Source: a virus
IMG/VR virus record: IMGVR_UViG_3300035138_000032
Coordinates: 1 to 64,000 of that record
Reading direction: 5' to 3' (one strand)
Length of the DNA: 64,000 nucleotides
Part shown: one piece after another, positions 15,436 through 26,345 of the stretch
Position numbering within the stretch: position 1 is the first letter of the stretch
Layout: each line of letters starts with the position of its first letter
Notes under the pieces: generated by a model
Databases searched by the model: none
Told to the model about the DNA's origin: nothing
What the model saw: only the letters and a program-made list of their open reading frames with translations
Program-made: the position numbers and the translations under genes

Positions 15436-18400
15436 ATGAATAAAGTCAAAGAACTGGAAAAGGACATATTAGAATTGATTAGTAAATTTAACAGAGAAAC
15501 AAATTTAATACCTACCAATATAAAACTTGATATAGCAAACCGTAAAGGCCATAAAGCCATATTAGGTTGTTATATTGACGTAATAAAGAACGAGAGGGTA
15601 TAGGAGGAATAAATAATGAGTACGACTATGGAATTAAATGACGCGGATTGCGCTTTGGTAATTGAAAAAGATCTGACTACCAAATTATATCTACCTAAGA
15701 TGGATGAAGAGACCTTGATAAATAGGAATGACAACGCTAATATATTCTATATTGTTACTCTTTTATCATTAATAAACGATTCTGAGGAATTTCAAGAATT
15801 AATTGAGACAGAAATGACTAAACTGATGGAACGAGATCATGATTGCTCTTGCGGGGGTAATTGCGGAGAGGAGTGTGAGTGCAAAAATGGATAAAGAGAC
15901 ATTTGTAAAAGAACTTAAAAATTTAATTGATATACTATCGGATGAGTTTTCAGAATATCTACCAGATGACATAGCCAACATTGACCTGGAGCTTAAATTA
16001 ATCAGAACTGTACCTGGAAGTCCGATTGAAATAAGTGGTGGTTTGTCTGATAAAGAATTAGATATTTATGTACCACAAAAATCGATGGAGATAGGCGACG
16101 GCAGAATGGCCTACGGTGTGTTGGATAATACAGGTAAATATAACAAAGGATTATCGATAGTTATAGATTAAATAAAGGACAGCGGAAAATGAAAGAAGTA
16201 AATATTAACTATTTACCGGAAACAACTAAACAAGCCATACGTAACGAATTACAACTACTGTTGCCTAAGTTTGAAGCATCAGATTCAGCTACAGCAAGTG
16301 GGGCTTTTGGAAGAACAAAGTACGAAGTAAGTGGTGATACAGTAAAAATTACAGTTCCTATATACAATAAAAAATACGAAATTATAATTGTTAATACAAC
16401 TATAGACGAGTTAAAAAAATGGATATAGCTGTTCTATTAGATAGTTATCTTACTATAGATAACATTATTAAATATACACAAGCTATACTACTATTTTTAG
16501 TTATGTGGAATTTGTGGGGCAACAGTTATATAAGGAAGAAGCTATCAATGTCACCCGAAAAGTATAACAAAATCGTAAAGAATTTATCGTGGCCCAAATA
16601 GAGGAGGTATTTATGTTGCGTCAGCAGATTTTAAAACGTTTTTACAAAGGGGAAGAAGATCATGGATACTGGTGGATAGATCCTTCCACAGGTGATTTAA
16701 AATTCACAAAGAATCCTAATGAAATAGAACTTGTTTCATTGTTTAAGTATTCTTCTAATGCATCATGTAAATGGTGGCATATCAGATGTGAATTAGATTG
16801 GTATAGGATGAGAAAAGAATATAAAAGACTTAGAATTGAGTGCAATAAGGGCTAGGGTTGTTTTCCCGCCCGCGAAAATTTTTCAGAATCTTAGTTAATA
16901 TTATATTGGTAGCATGTCTTATACCAGCTTGTTATGTTAGATGTATCTTTCAGGAAACCAAATATATATGGGCTATATTAGTGTGCACAATACTAACTAT
17001 GGTTTTATTCAGAGAGCCATGAATAAAAACAGTCACGGTCGTGGTAGGGTTCTCTATACGAATTAGATAAATGATGGTCGTATATGTATGAAAGATAGCG
17101 ACGAATTTGAAAAACAAAAACAGGTGGTGATGCATAATGAGTAATAAAATTGGATTATTACGAGGCATTATACACGGAATCAAAAATCTTTTGTTGTGGT
17201 TTAAAATCATTTGGGCTGATAGACATTACGATAATTTATTTATATTCAGGATACTTAAGTTTAAATTCATATTAACTGCTGGCTTTTTTTATAAACATAG
17301 TATAAGTATTGATTCAATTAAAATCGCGAAAGACATAGAATTATGTATATTTTTGCTTGACAGAATAATAAAGAATGATTATATTAAAGATGGTAAAAGG
17401 ACTAAACACAAAGATATAGAATTACTCTGTGAAATACTGAAAAGGGAATTACCAAATTGGTGGGACTAGATGAAACTAAAAACAATCGATATATTACAAA
17501 TAACTCTAATAATAATATCAGTAACTTTATTGTTTGCTGCATCTTTCATTGAATCTTTTTAAGGGGGACAAGTGGGAAATTACGATAATGTAATTTGTAA
17601 GTATCCGTTACCTAATACAAAAAAAGAAATTCAAGATTCCATATTCCAAACAAAATCACTGGACTGTAATTTTGAAGATTACACTATTACAGAAGATGGC
17701 TGTTTGATTAGAAATGAGTTTGTATTAGAACTTGTTCCTGAGGAGCAAAGATATTACTACGGAAAACCAGAGTGGAACGAACATAAATTATCTAAGTTGG
17801 TAGGCAGTTTAAAAAAAGTACCAACAAAAGACGTAAGGATACAATACAATGGTGTACTCGACATAATAACATGTATAGATCATAAATGTTTCAGTTACTA
17901 TATTTATTTTAATAACGGTAAATTAGAAAGCTTGGAAATAATTATTTAAGGAGCGGTTATATGCCAGAACTATACGATTATTTTGTGACAGAAAACATAA
18001 TTGATACAATAGTGTCAAAAGTAATGGAAATATATACCAAAATATCTGAAAAAGACATAGAAGCATTCAAAACAATAATAAAAAACATATTAAATAGCTA
18101 TACGTTCAGCTGTAATGAAGAATTACATATGTGTGAGTATACACAAAAGTATATGGATAGATTGCACGATAATCTATCTGATTTAATTGTAAAATACATA
18201 CTTGCCTCAATAAATATATATATGTTAAATAAAGAACTTGATAAGGAACACTAAAATGAGTATGATGGATTACCTAGAAGAGCTAACCAAAGAAGAGGTA
18301 TCAGAGCAACTAGTAATAGCTATGGAGACTAAGGAATTATTTGAAAACAAACTAAGAGAACTTAACTTGGTTATATTAGTACTTAATTATTACTTAAGGA

Positions 18401-18453
18401 CAGGTGTTGTTTTAGAGCCATGGGCAATAGGCTTGAATATAGAGGAAGAATAA
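15436..18453 (+). other. Run of small hypothetical CDSs (15436-15603, 15616-15894, 15887-16171, 16189-16428, 16419-16601, 16613-16855, 17137-17469, 17572-17949, 17961-18254, 18256-18453)
   Basis: Tightly packed, co-oriented ORFs, most with an RBS; no recognisable function. Confidence 0.65.
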
Positions 18454-18458
18454 TAAAT

Positions 18459-18477
18459 TAACCTTTATTTAAATAGA
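18459..18477 (+). promoter_or_regulatory. Candidate phage-specific promoter TAACCT-N9-TAGA
   Basis: The motif recurs at about 14970, 20580, 25645, 35295, 38526 and 46056. Confidence 0.5.
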
Positions 18478-18488
18478 TGGAGTTAAAA

Positions 18489-18782
18489 ATGCCTTATATA
18501 GAAAAATTAAAAAGAGATAGTTTTAAAAATGACATCGGTTCCCTTGCCGAAAAAATCCAAAATAAAGGGGATCTGAATTATGTAATTTGCGAATTAGTTG
18601 GACAATTAATACTGAAGACAAGAATAGGCTATACACAAATATCAGAATGGATAGACGCCGTTAACGGCGCCGAAAGAGAACTAACAAGAAGGATACTTGA
18701 TCCTTATGAAGATATTAAAAAGAATGATAACGAAGATGTGCCTAGTTTTATTGACATTCTTAGTAGTATTAACACCACATGA
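18489..18782 (+). CDS. Phage hypothetical protein (GDLNY motif)
   Basis: KGDLNYVI...RRILDPYEDIKK. Confidence 0.7.
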   Translation: MPYIEKLKRDSFKNDIGSLAEKIQNKGDLNYVICELVGQLILKTRIGYTQISEWIDAVNGAERELTRRILDPYEDIKKNDNEDVPSFIDILSSINTT

Positions 18783-19119
18783 TACATATTCAAATGATTT
18801 AATTAATTCAGAAATGAATACCGATCCTGATTATTTGAAATACACTGAGACCACGTTAAACGGACCCGAAAAAGAAATCATAACTATGTGTAAATATTTT
18901 GTGGGCAATGATGAGTACAAAGTAAGAAAATGTTCTCTAACTCAAGTATATGGTTCTCAAAAAACTTACAAGCTATTATTAGAACTTTCTAATAAAGAAC
19001 AAGAATCGGAAATAATAGATAATATAATTAATGAGAGATTTTTCGGTGGTTATGTTTTTGATTTTGTTAATCTCCATAAAGATATCCTAAATTACTTAAA
19101 GGAGAAAAACGGTGACTGA
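18697..19119 (+). CDS. Hypothetical protein with an N-terminal hydrophobic segment (start uncertain)
   Basis: CLVLLTFLVVL. Confidence 0.55.
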   Translation: MILMKILKRMITKMCLVLLTFLVVLTPHDTYSNDLINSEMNTDPDYLKYTETTLNGPEKEIITMCKYFVGNDEYKVRKCSLTQVYGSQKTYKLLLELSNKEQESEIIDNIINERFFGGYVFDFVNLHKDILNYLKEKNGD

Positions 19120-19384
19120 CACATTACTATACGGGATTGGAATTGGTTGTGTAATCGGATTCTTATTCAGTATTTTGGTATTGGACAAGATCTACAGAGA
19201 ATCGAGTAAGAAAATGGTTGATGCTATATACGAAGAATATACCAAAATATTAAAAGTATTTACAAACAAAATCGATACTTATGGAAATAAATTACGCGCA
19301 TATGAAGAAAAACTAAGTTATTACGAAAACGAGGAAAAGGAAAATGAAGGAAACGATTTATCTAATAGGGCAGATATCAGTTGA
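19112..19384 (+). CDS. Membrane-anchored coiled-coil protein
   Basis: N-terminal transmembrane segment followed by a charged helix. Confidence 0.65.
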   Translation: MTDTLLYGIGIGCVIGFLFSILVLDKIYRESSKKMVDAIYEEYTKILKVFTNKIDTYGNKLRAYEEKLSYYENEEKENEGNDLSNRADIS

Positions 19385-19904
19385 TAAACCAGAAAGTTAC
19401 GAATGGAGAAAAAACATAAGACGATGTTTTGCTGGAAATCCAGATTGGTGTATTATAGATCCATGTAATAATGGGTTCAACAATATGGTATTAAAAAACA
19501 ACGGTAAAGATGATAAACGACTGAAGGTCTATAAAACAAAGGGTATTGAGCTGTTAGTACCAAAGGACTGTTCTTATGTTATGAGAAGTACCATGGCTAT
19601 TTGTAATATGAATCAATATGACGAGAAAAAACCGATAATTGGAACATTTTTCGAATTAGCGTGGTATTATCTTAATCCAGATAAAACGGTAATAGGATTC
19701 TATGATGGCAATCCAGAAGACGATGTGAATTGTAATCATCCATTTGTTAAAAGCACAGTTGATGTGTGGGTTAAAAATGAATATGAGGCCGCTAAATTAG
19801 CTTATTATTATTATCAAGATGTTTATATAGAAGAACCTACATTTGAAGAATACAGAATGGTTAAAGAGGATTTGGAAAATTGTGATTTGGGTAAAGTAGA
19901 ATAA
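19344..19904 (+). CDS. Nucleoside 2-deoxyribosyltransferase-like protein
   Basis: IYLIG...WR...IIDP...KD...IGTFFELAW...HPF pattern. Confidence 0.7.
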   Translation: MKETIYLIGQISVDKPESYEWRKNIRRCFAGNPDWCIIDPCNNGFNNMVLKNNGKDDKRLKVYKTKGIELLVPKDCSYVMRSTMAICNMNQYDEKKPIIGTFFELAWYYLNPDKTVIGFYDGNPEDDVNCNHPFVKSTVDVWVKNEYEAAKLAYYYYQDVYIEEPTFEEYRMVKEDLENCDLGKVE

Positions 19905-19918
19905 AAGGAGTATGCACT

Positions 19919-20810
19919 ATGGTAACACTTATGTTAAAGTGTTATAGATGTGGTAAAGAAAGCTCTCATGATATTACAAACACTGCACTTAGTGATGATT
20001 TAATAACTAAATTTAGATATAAATATATATATACTGGGGAAAAAAATGTACTAATCTGTTTTAACTGCGAAAAAAAGTTAAGAGAGCTCAAAGACACCTT
20101 AGAAGGGCATCGACAAAAAGAAATACATGGCTTTTTTGAGGAAAAAAAGTAATGGCCTTTAATGTGACATTTGAAACAGTAAAGAACATTGAACTGAAAT
20201 TAAAAGGAATCCCTTGGCGTTGTAATAAATGCAGATGTGAAGATGAGATTTTATTAAAAATAAATATTGATTACGACACATTAATAATATGTAAAAAATG
20301 TCTATTAGAAGGCAATTCACTTGTAATTGAAAAAGAAAAGGAATTATATAGATGAGATTTGAAGCAATAAATAATCCAAGAAAAGACAACGGTGACTTTG
20401 GTGATGCTTCTTGTCATATATGTAAAACATATAGCGGAGCTTATATAAAAATAAATGACTCAATAATATGTAAAGGTTGTTTGTTAGCCTTTGTAGATGT
20501 TATAGATAAAACTATCTTAAACTACACTGTTAGGAAGGGTAAACTATTACATGGTAGATAACATCATGGTCGAATAAACTAACCTCATATATTTATGAGG
20601 GTCTATGTTTAAACTAAATCAGTGTGCCAATTGAGGGATGACATGGGTACTACAAAAGAATGGACCAATGAGTTTATTGAAGAAATAAATAAAACTATTG
20701 CTCGAGGTAACGTCGATAAAGATGTTTTAGAGCTCATGAAAGAGCTTCTAAAGGACTCAAAGGTCCAAACCAGTATCATAGCATACTTTGAAAGTTTGAA
20801 GGGGATATAG
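19919..20810 (+). other. Three small CxxC proteins (19919-20152, 20152-20355, 20352-20561) and a hypothetical ORF (20622-20810)
   Basis: Paired CxxC motifs; coupled start and stop codons. Confidence 0.65.
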
Positions 20811-20829
20811 GTCAAATAAGGAGGTATAA

Positions 20830-21039
20830 ATGAGGCGTAAAGAGTGGAGTCATAGTGACGAAAAGAAACTTATGGATAACTATGATAAATGCACCATTAA
20901 AGAATTAGAAATTATGTTCCCTGGTAGATCTAGGGAAAGCATAAATAATAAAATAAAAAGACTCAAAAGAGCTGGAAGATTAGCGGGAGGTAAAACCGAG
21001 GAAACAATAAAGAGGGCTTACGAACAAAGAGAACTATAA
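20830..21039 (+). CDS. Myb/HTH-like small DNA-binding protein
   Basis: WSHSDEKKL...ELEIMFPGRSRESINNKIKRL. Confidence 0.7.
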   Translation: MRRKEWSHSDEKKLMDNYDKCTIKELEIMFPGRSRESINNKIKRLKRAGRLAGGKTEETIKRAYEQREL

Positions 21040-21061
21040 TATTAACATTTCGGAGGTCATT

Positions 21062-21310
21062 ATGATAGAAAGAGACCCGTTAGAAGGATCGATTTGTTCC
21101 TCTTGTATACACATGTTAGAAAGAATTATCATACCGCTTGATAATAAAGACTATGGTATAGATACAGAAACATTTGAATCTGAAGGAGATGTGGTTTACA
21201 AACACAGGCTGTGTATGGAAACCGCTCTTGACCTAGACCATATAGTGTTAAGATGTTCTTGTTACGAACCTAAAGATAAAGGAAATTGCCTACTAAAAAT
21301 TGACCGATAG
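21062..21310 (+). CDS. Cys-containing hypothetical protein
   Basis: 82 aa with GGAGG RBS. Confidence 0.65.
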   Translation: MIERDPLEGSICSSCIHMLERIIIPLDNKDYGIDTETFESEGDVVYKHRLCMETALDLDHIVLRCSCYEPKDKGNCLLKIDR

Positions 21311-21312
21311 AC

Positions 21313-22092
21313 ATGGTTGTATTAAAAACTGAATCACAAATTAATAAAATAAGAAATGCCTGTAGAATTACTGCTGCATACCTACAACTAGTAATTGACA
21401 TTACCTCAAAAACGGCGGGGGTAACCACCAATGAATTAGACAAATTAGGAGAAATATTTGCTAATGATTATGGTGGTTTACCTGCATTCAAAGGATATCA
21501 TGGCTTTCCTAATTCCATATGCGCATCAATAAACAATGAGGTGATACATGGAATACCGTCCGATAAACCACTAGAGGAAGGTGATATACTTAGTGTAGAT
21601 TACGGTGTATTATTGGATGGTTATTATAGTGATTCGGCTATAACTGTTCCAATAGGCGAGGTTAGTTACGAAGCCGAAAAATTAATAAAAATTGGCCAAG
21701 AATGCTTATATAACGGGATAGCAAATCTACAAAAAGGCCGACGACTGAATAAAATATCCCACAGTATACAAATACACGCTGAATCAAACGGTTTTAATGT
21801 GGTTAGAGAATTTGTAGGTCATGGATTAGGTATGGATCTACATGAAGAACCACAAGTATATAATTTCACAGACAAACCCAATGAGGGGTTGGTGTTGGAA
21901 CAAGGTATAGTGTTAGCTATAGAACCTATGATAGTAGAGGGATCCAATAGACTTGAGGTTGTGGATAACGGATGGACAGTAAGAACTGTAGATAAAAAAT
22001 TAGCAGCGCATTGGGAACACACAGTAGCGCTAACTGAAGCTGGGCCGGAAATTTTGACTTTAAGAGAAGGCGAGGATTATAAGGAGAATTAA
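21313..22092 (+). CDS. map: Methionine aminopeptidase, type I
   Basis: CASINNEVIHGIP, GDILSVD, YYSDSA, GHGLG, HEEP, AIEPM and AAHWEHT motifs. Confidence 0.97.
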   Translation: MVVLKTESQINKIRNACRITAAYLQLVIDITSKTAGVTTNELDKLGEIFANDYGGLPAFKGYHGFPNSICASINNEVIHGIPSDKPLEEGDILSVDYGVLLDGYYSDSAITVPIGEVSYEAEKLIKIGQECLYNGIANLQKGRRLNKISHSIQIHAESNGFNVVREFVGHGLGMDLHEEPQVYNFTDKPNEGLVLEQGIVLAIEPMIVEGSNRLEVVDNGWTVRTVDKKLAAHWEHTVALTEAGPEILTLREGEDYKEN

Positions 22093-22542
22093 ATGAAAGA
22101 CAATCAATTTGTAGTGGTGGGTTATAGTTTATTAGACAATGATGAATATAGAAAAATAATGACCTCAAGAAAGGGAATGGAGCTAACATATTATTGGCTT
22201 AGGAGAAATGTTGTTAGAGCACCCATGAGGAATGTGTACGGAAAAGAAGTTTACGAGCAATATTTTTTGAAGGGGTACTTAGCTGCGAGTATAGGCGAAG
22301 AACAACTGGCTCAAGATTTATTTATTTCAAGGCATTGTGTTAGAGATAATTTAAGAGATCTGGAAAAAAATGGTATAATAAAAATAAAAGAATTGAAAAC
22401 CAAAACACGTGGCGACGGTGCACAGAAGAAACAGAAAGTATATGTTTTGGGTAAATGGATGAGCGAAACTGATGCAAAAGGTAGAGAAAAATACGCTCAA
22501 TTTTACTACGCCATCGATGCTGTGGAAAAACCATTTTCCTAA
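22093..22542 (+). CDS. Winged-helix protein, possible replication initiator N-terminal domain
   Basis: SIGEEQLAQDLFISRHCVRDNLRDLEKNGIIKI...KVYVL; direct repeats follow the stop codon. Confidence 0.6.
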   Translation: MKDNQFVVVGYSLLDNDEYRKIMTSRKGMELTYYWLRRNVVRAPMRNVYGKEVYEQYFLKGYLAASIGEEQLAQDLFISRHCVRDNLRDLEKNGIIKIKELKTKTRGDGAQKKQKVYVLGKWMSETDAKGREKYAQFYYAIDAVEKPFS

Positions 22543-22631
22543 AATGCACAGAAAACTTTCCCAAAATGCACAGAAATTTCTGTACCTGGCAGGACATTTA
22601 GGAATAATAGAAGTTACGAATAATAGAAGTT
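22535..22631. repeat. Iteron-like direct repeats
   Basis: TTTCCYAAAATGCACAGAAA at 22535 and 22557; GAATAATAGAAGTT at 22602 and 22618. Confidence 0.75.
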
Positions 22632-22721
22632 TGAATAAAACTACTATGCAGTCGGTTTTTCTAAAACCTCCTGCAGTGAATTTTTTTTTAAAACAATAAC
22701 CTGATTCAGAAAGGTACTTTT

Positions 22722-22913
22722 ATGTTCGAATTAAATTTCGTAAATTTTATATCAGAAACTGCATCAGATAAATTTTATTCAGTTGTCTTCGACAACAAAC
22801 TATTTTATGCCTCGGTCGAAAAGATCACAGGGTTGATTAAGTTTAATTCTTATGCAGATTACGCCGATCAGCTGCGAATAGAAAAGATTTTAACAGATTA
22901 CTTGACAAATTGA
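22722..22913 (+). CDS. Hypothetical protein
   Basis: 63 aa with AAGG RBS. Confidence 0.5.
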   Translation: MFELNFVNFISETASDKFYSVVFDNKLFYASVEKITGLIKFNSYADYADQLRIEKILTDYLTN

Positions 22914-23018
22914 TAATGTGTATTATATTATTTTTGAAAGGAATGAACAACTTTAGCCGCAATCCCCGAACGATGCTCGGGGCTATGCTCTTGACAGATA
23001 GAATTTAGTTTTTATTAT
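22902..23018 (+). promoter_or_regulatory. Two tandem sigma70-type promoters separated by a GC-rich hairpin
   Basis: TTGACA(22902)-16-TATATT; CCCCGA/TCGGGG hairpin; TTGACA(22991)-16-TATTAT. Confidence 0.6.
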
Positions 23019-23036
23019 TGATTTTGGAGAAACCTT

Positions 23037-23306
23037 ATGATAGTTAGAGAATTAAAACTTAAACCCAACGAAAGTCAAACTGCCAACAACCAAAGGAAAG
23101 GTAGAAGGAAAATAGTGGTGGATGGTGGACTATATTATTATTTCATAAAAGGCTCACCAGACCACTGGTATGACTATGATGTGGGTAACATAACTATATA
23201 CTCAGCAGAGTCAGGGAGGTACTATGCTGAGCATTTTGAAAAATTGTCTATTACCCCAAAATATGTTGAAAACATTATTAGAGAACAATTTTTAAGGGAG
23301 AATTAA
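23037..23306 (+). CDS. Hypothetical protein
   Basis: 89 aa with GGAG RBS. Confidence 0.6.
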   Translation: MIVRELKLKPNESQTANNQRKGRRKIVVDGGLYYYFIKGSPDHWYDYDVGNITIYSAESGRYYAEHFEKLSITPKYVENIIREQFLREN

Positions 23307-23307
23307 A

Positions 23308-23892
23308 ATGTCAGTTCCGTACGTTATTGAAAAAGGCACGAATGGTCATGAAAAGATCTACGACCTGTATTCCAGACTACTCAAAGACAGAATTGTTTTT
23401 ATACGCGGTCTGATAGGTGAGGGTTTTGCTGATTCTATTGTCGCCCAACTTTTATTTCTTGAATCGGCCTCAGCAGAGAAGGACATCTATATGTATATTA
23501 ATAGCCCAGGCGGTAGTGTTAATGAAATGATGGGTGTGTTTGATGCTATGCAGTATATAAAACCTGATATAGTCACGCTGGGTTATGGTAAGTGTATGAG
23601 TGCTGGCTCTTTTTTGTTGGCAGCAGGTACTAAGGGAAAGAGGTACGCTCTTCCAAACACAAATATTATGATACATGAGTTATCTAGTGGTATCAAAGGT
23701 AAGTATAGTGAGTTAAAGAATTACCACAAACATCTGGAGGGATTGCATGCTAAAATGGCCAACTATTATGTGGAATTTACCGGCCAGAAATTGAGTAAGA
23801 TAAAGAAAGATATGGAATATGATAATTTCATGACTGCGGAAGAGGCCAAGGAATACGGTCTCATAGATGAAGTTCAGTATAGCAGGAAATAA
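23308..23892 (+). CDS. clpP: ClpP protease proteolytic subunit
   Basis: DLYSRLLKDRIVF, AQLLFLE, YINSPGG; catalytic S (CMSAG), H (IMIHE) and D (YDNF). Confidence 0.96.
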   Translation: MSVPYVIEKGTNGHEKIYDLYSRLLKDRIVFIRGLIGEGFADSIVAQLLFLESASAEKDIYMYINSPGGSVNEMMGVFDAMQYIKPDIVTLGYGKCMSAGSFLLAAGTKGKRYALPNTNIMIHELSSGIKGKYSELKNYHKHLEGLHAKMANYYVEFTGQKLSKIKKDMEYDNFMTAEEAKEYGLIDEVQYSRK

Positions 23893-23894
23893 TT

Positions 23895-24611
23895 ATGATT
23901 TATAGAAAACAACATGTTAAATCTGATGGTCGTCGTTTAAATAGAAGTGGCCCACGTGATATGCAGGCCCGTACCTCATCAGGTTCTGATTCAGAGGTAA
24001 TAGAGATGTTGACGAATGAGTTAACGAGTCTTAAAGCTGAGCTTATTAATCTTAAAAGAGCCTCTTCAACCAGTGAAGCCCCTAATAAGAATTTCTATTC
24101 ACCTGAGCAGGTGGATGAGGAGATAAGAAAGGCTGTAAGTTCTGCAATAGCTGATGTGTCTAAAGGCGACAAAGATATGGCCATTAGGATAAGTGAATAT
24201 AAATCTAATCTATCAGAAATGAGGGCCGCTAATGATAATATTAACAGACTTTACAGCGCCGTGTTAAAGGAAAACAGTCAATTAAAAGAGAAGTTATCTA
24301 AATTAGAGGCTGATGTCGGTGAGTTGGTTGAGTTAAGGCAGCAAGTATCAGTGTTAAAGCAGGACTTAATAGGTAAACAAGAGGTTATAGATGTTTTGAA
24401 GGCCAAACCTGCGGTTATAGATAGTTACAACAACACCTCCGTTGAGGATTCCCAAAGACCACAGATGGAGCAGGTATTTGTTGACCCGTTAGATGATACC
24501 TCTGGAGACGGGCTTAAACCATCAATAAGTGTTGAAACAATCCTTAAAGAGGACACGGTGGATGACAAAGTGGATAAATTAAGGGATTTGTTAGGGAAGT
24601 CTTTACGATAA
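23895..24611 (+). CDS. Coiled-coil protein
   Basis: Heptad-rich central region; lies between clpP and the actin-like gene. Confidence 0.8.
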   Translation: MIYRKQHVKSDGRRLNRSGPRDMQARTSSGSDSEVIEMLTNELTSLKAELINLKRASSTSEAPNKNFYSPEQVDEEIRKAVSSAIADVSKGDKDMAIRISEYKSNLSEMRAANDNINRLYSAVLKENSQLKEKLSKLEADVGELVELRQQVSVLKQDLIGKQEVIDVLKAKPAVIDSYNNTSVEDSQRPQMEQVFVDPLDDTSGDGLKPSISVETILKEDTVDDKVDKLRDLLGKSLR

Positions 24612-24633
24612 TATATTTAAGGAGATAATAATT

Positions 24634-25635
24634 ATGGATGTTAATGGAATTGGTGTTGATGTTGGTACTAACATGTTAGTTTCGGCAAGAGTCAACACTG
24701 AGGGTAAACCGATGTTTAAGATGGCTCGCGATGCTTTCTATCGTATTGTTCCAAAGAGCGATGTTAATCGTAATAGTATTAGGAAAGCCATAGAAAAGCG
24801 AGGGTTTAATTTTATAGAAGATTCAGACGGATCGTTCGTAGTAGTAGGCGAAGAAGCACTTGAAACAGCTATTGAAAGAAATGATGTGGCTAAAAGGCCG
24901 TTAAGGAGGGGAGTTATATCACCTAAGGAAAAAGACTCATTACCTATGTTAAAACTATTGCTTGAGAGTTTGATAGGTAAGGGCGACGGCGAAACAAAAT
25001 TGGTCTATTCAGTGCCAGCAAAACCAATAGACGGTGATTTTGATATTGTGTACCATACTGAAATGATGGGTACTTATTTAAGAGGGATGGGTTATTCTGC
25101 TCAGCCGATAAACGAGGCATTTGCTATAGCTCTTAGTGAGTTGTTAGACGAGGGTTTAACAGGTATATGTTTGAGCTTCGGCGCCGGTATGGTTAATACT
25201 TCAGTAATCCACCAGGGAGATCCTCTCGTTGAGTTTAGTACGACTAAGGCTGGTGATTTTATTGATATGTCAGTAGGTAATGCTCTTGACATATCACCTA
25301 GTATAGTGCAGTTAGAAAAAGAATCTGGTGTGGATTTAGATAAGCACACGTCTAAAATAATGGAAGCTGTGTCTGTTTACTATAATAGTGTCATAGAGTA
25401 TACTATAAGAAATATAGCGTATGAACTTAAACAGCGCGAGAAATCCCTTCCTATCTTTAGGGAGGAGGTTTCTTTGGTTGTATCTGGCGGTCTCACATTG
25501 GCTAAGGGATTTAATAACAGAATTAGGACAATTCTTAATAAAGTCGATTTCCCCATCAAAATAGGTGATGTAAGAAAGGCTGTCGATCCTATGACAGCCG
25601 TTGCTAATGGTGCACTTTTAGCGGCCAGATTATAG
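24634..25635 (+). CDS. Actin-like ATPase (MreB/ParM/MamK superfamily)
   Basis: Phosphate1 GVDVGT, PLRRG, connect1 INEAFA, phosphate2 SFGAGMVN, adenosine VVSGGLT, connect2 DPMTAVANG. Confidence 0.85.
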   Translation: MDVNGIGVDVGTNMLVSARVNTEGKPMFKMARDAFYRIVPKSDVNRNSIRKAIEKRGFNFIEDSDGSFVVVGEEALETAIERNDVAKRPLRRGVISPKEKDSLPMLKLLLESLIGKGDGETKLVYSVPAKPIDGDFDIVYHTEMMGTYLRGMGYSAQPINEAFAIALSELLDEGLTGICLSFGAGMVNTSVIHQGDPLVEFSTTKAGDFIDMSVGNALDISPSIVQLEKESGVDLDKHTSKIMEAVSVYYNSVIEYTIRNIAYELKQREKSLPIFREEVSLVVSGGLTLAKGFNNRIRTILNKVDFPIKIGDVRKAVDPMTAVANGALLAARL

Positions 25636-25644
25636 TAAATAATG

Positions 25645-25664
25645 TAACCTCTTGTTTAATTAGA
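25645..25664 (+). promoter_or_regulatory. Candidate phage-specific promoter upstream of the endolysin
   Basis: TAACCT-N10-TAGA. Confidence 0.45.
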
Positions 25665-25697
25665 GTAAAGTAAATCATAAGAGGGGATGGTATTGTA

Positions 25698-26345
25698 ATG
25701 TTTAATAGAGAGACATTTTATACTCATATACGACCTATGTTCGGTGGTAAGCTTAAACAAAAGCAGGTCGATGGTTTTAATGCTATATTAGATTATTGGG
25801 AAAACGATGTAGAACGGTTGTCGGATTATGAGGACTCCTATGTTGTAGAGTTCCAGTGGTTGGCCTATATCTTAGCCACAGTACATCATGAGACGGCTAA
25901 AACCATACAACCAATAAAGGAGTATGGTAATAACGATTATTTTCATAGAATGTATGACATAGATGGCGAACGACCTCATGTAGCAACTAGACTAGGTAAT
26001 GTAGAGCCTGGTGATGGGGTCAAGTACGCTGGCCGTGGTTTTGTACAACTTACCGGTCGTCGTAATTACGCATTCTGGTCAGATGCCCTGGGTATTGATT
26101 TGATCGGTAATCCTGACATGGCTATGGATTTAGTAGTTGCTAGAGAAATTCTTATTATAGGTATGATAGATGGTACCTTCACTGGTCGAAAATTATCTAC
26201 GTATTTTGGTGATGATAAAACTGATTGGCGCAATGCGAGAAAAATAATAAACGGTCTTGATAAAGCAGATCTGATAGCCGGCTATGGTGAGGGTTATTTT
26301 GATGTTTTAGTGCGCGCGGATAACAGGTTTGACTTAATAATATAA
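25698..26345 (+). CDS. Glycoside hydrolase family 19 endolysin
   Basis: AYILATVHHET, YAGRGFVQLTGRRNY and ARKIING motifs. Confidence 0.9.
   Translation: MFNRETFYTHIRPMFGGKLKQKQVDGFNAILDYWENDVERLSDYEDSYVVEFQWLAYILATVHHETAKTIQPIKEYGNNDYFHRMYDIDGERPHVATRLGNVEPGDGVKYAGRGFVQLTGRRNYAFWSDALGIDLIGNPDMAMDLVVAREILIIGMIDGTFTGRKLSTYFGDDKTDWRNARKIINGLDKADLIAGYGEGYFDVLVRADNRFDLII

Noticed and set aside
16856-17136. 280-nt intergenic gap as an ncRNA or riboswitch
   Set aside because: Only a short AGAGAGCC/GGTTCTCT stem is visible, with no recognisable family and no second copy.
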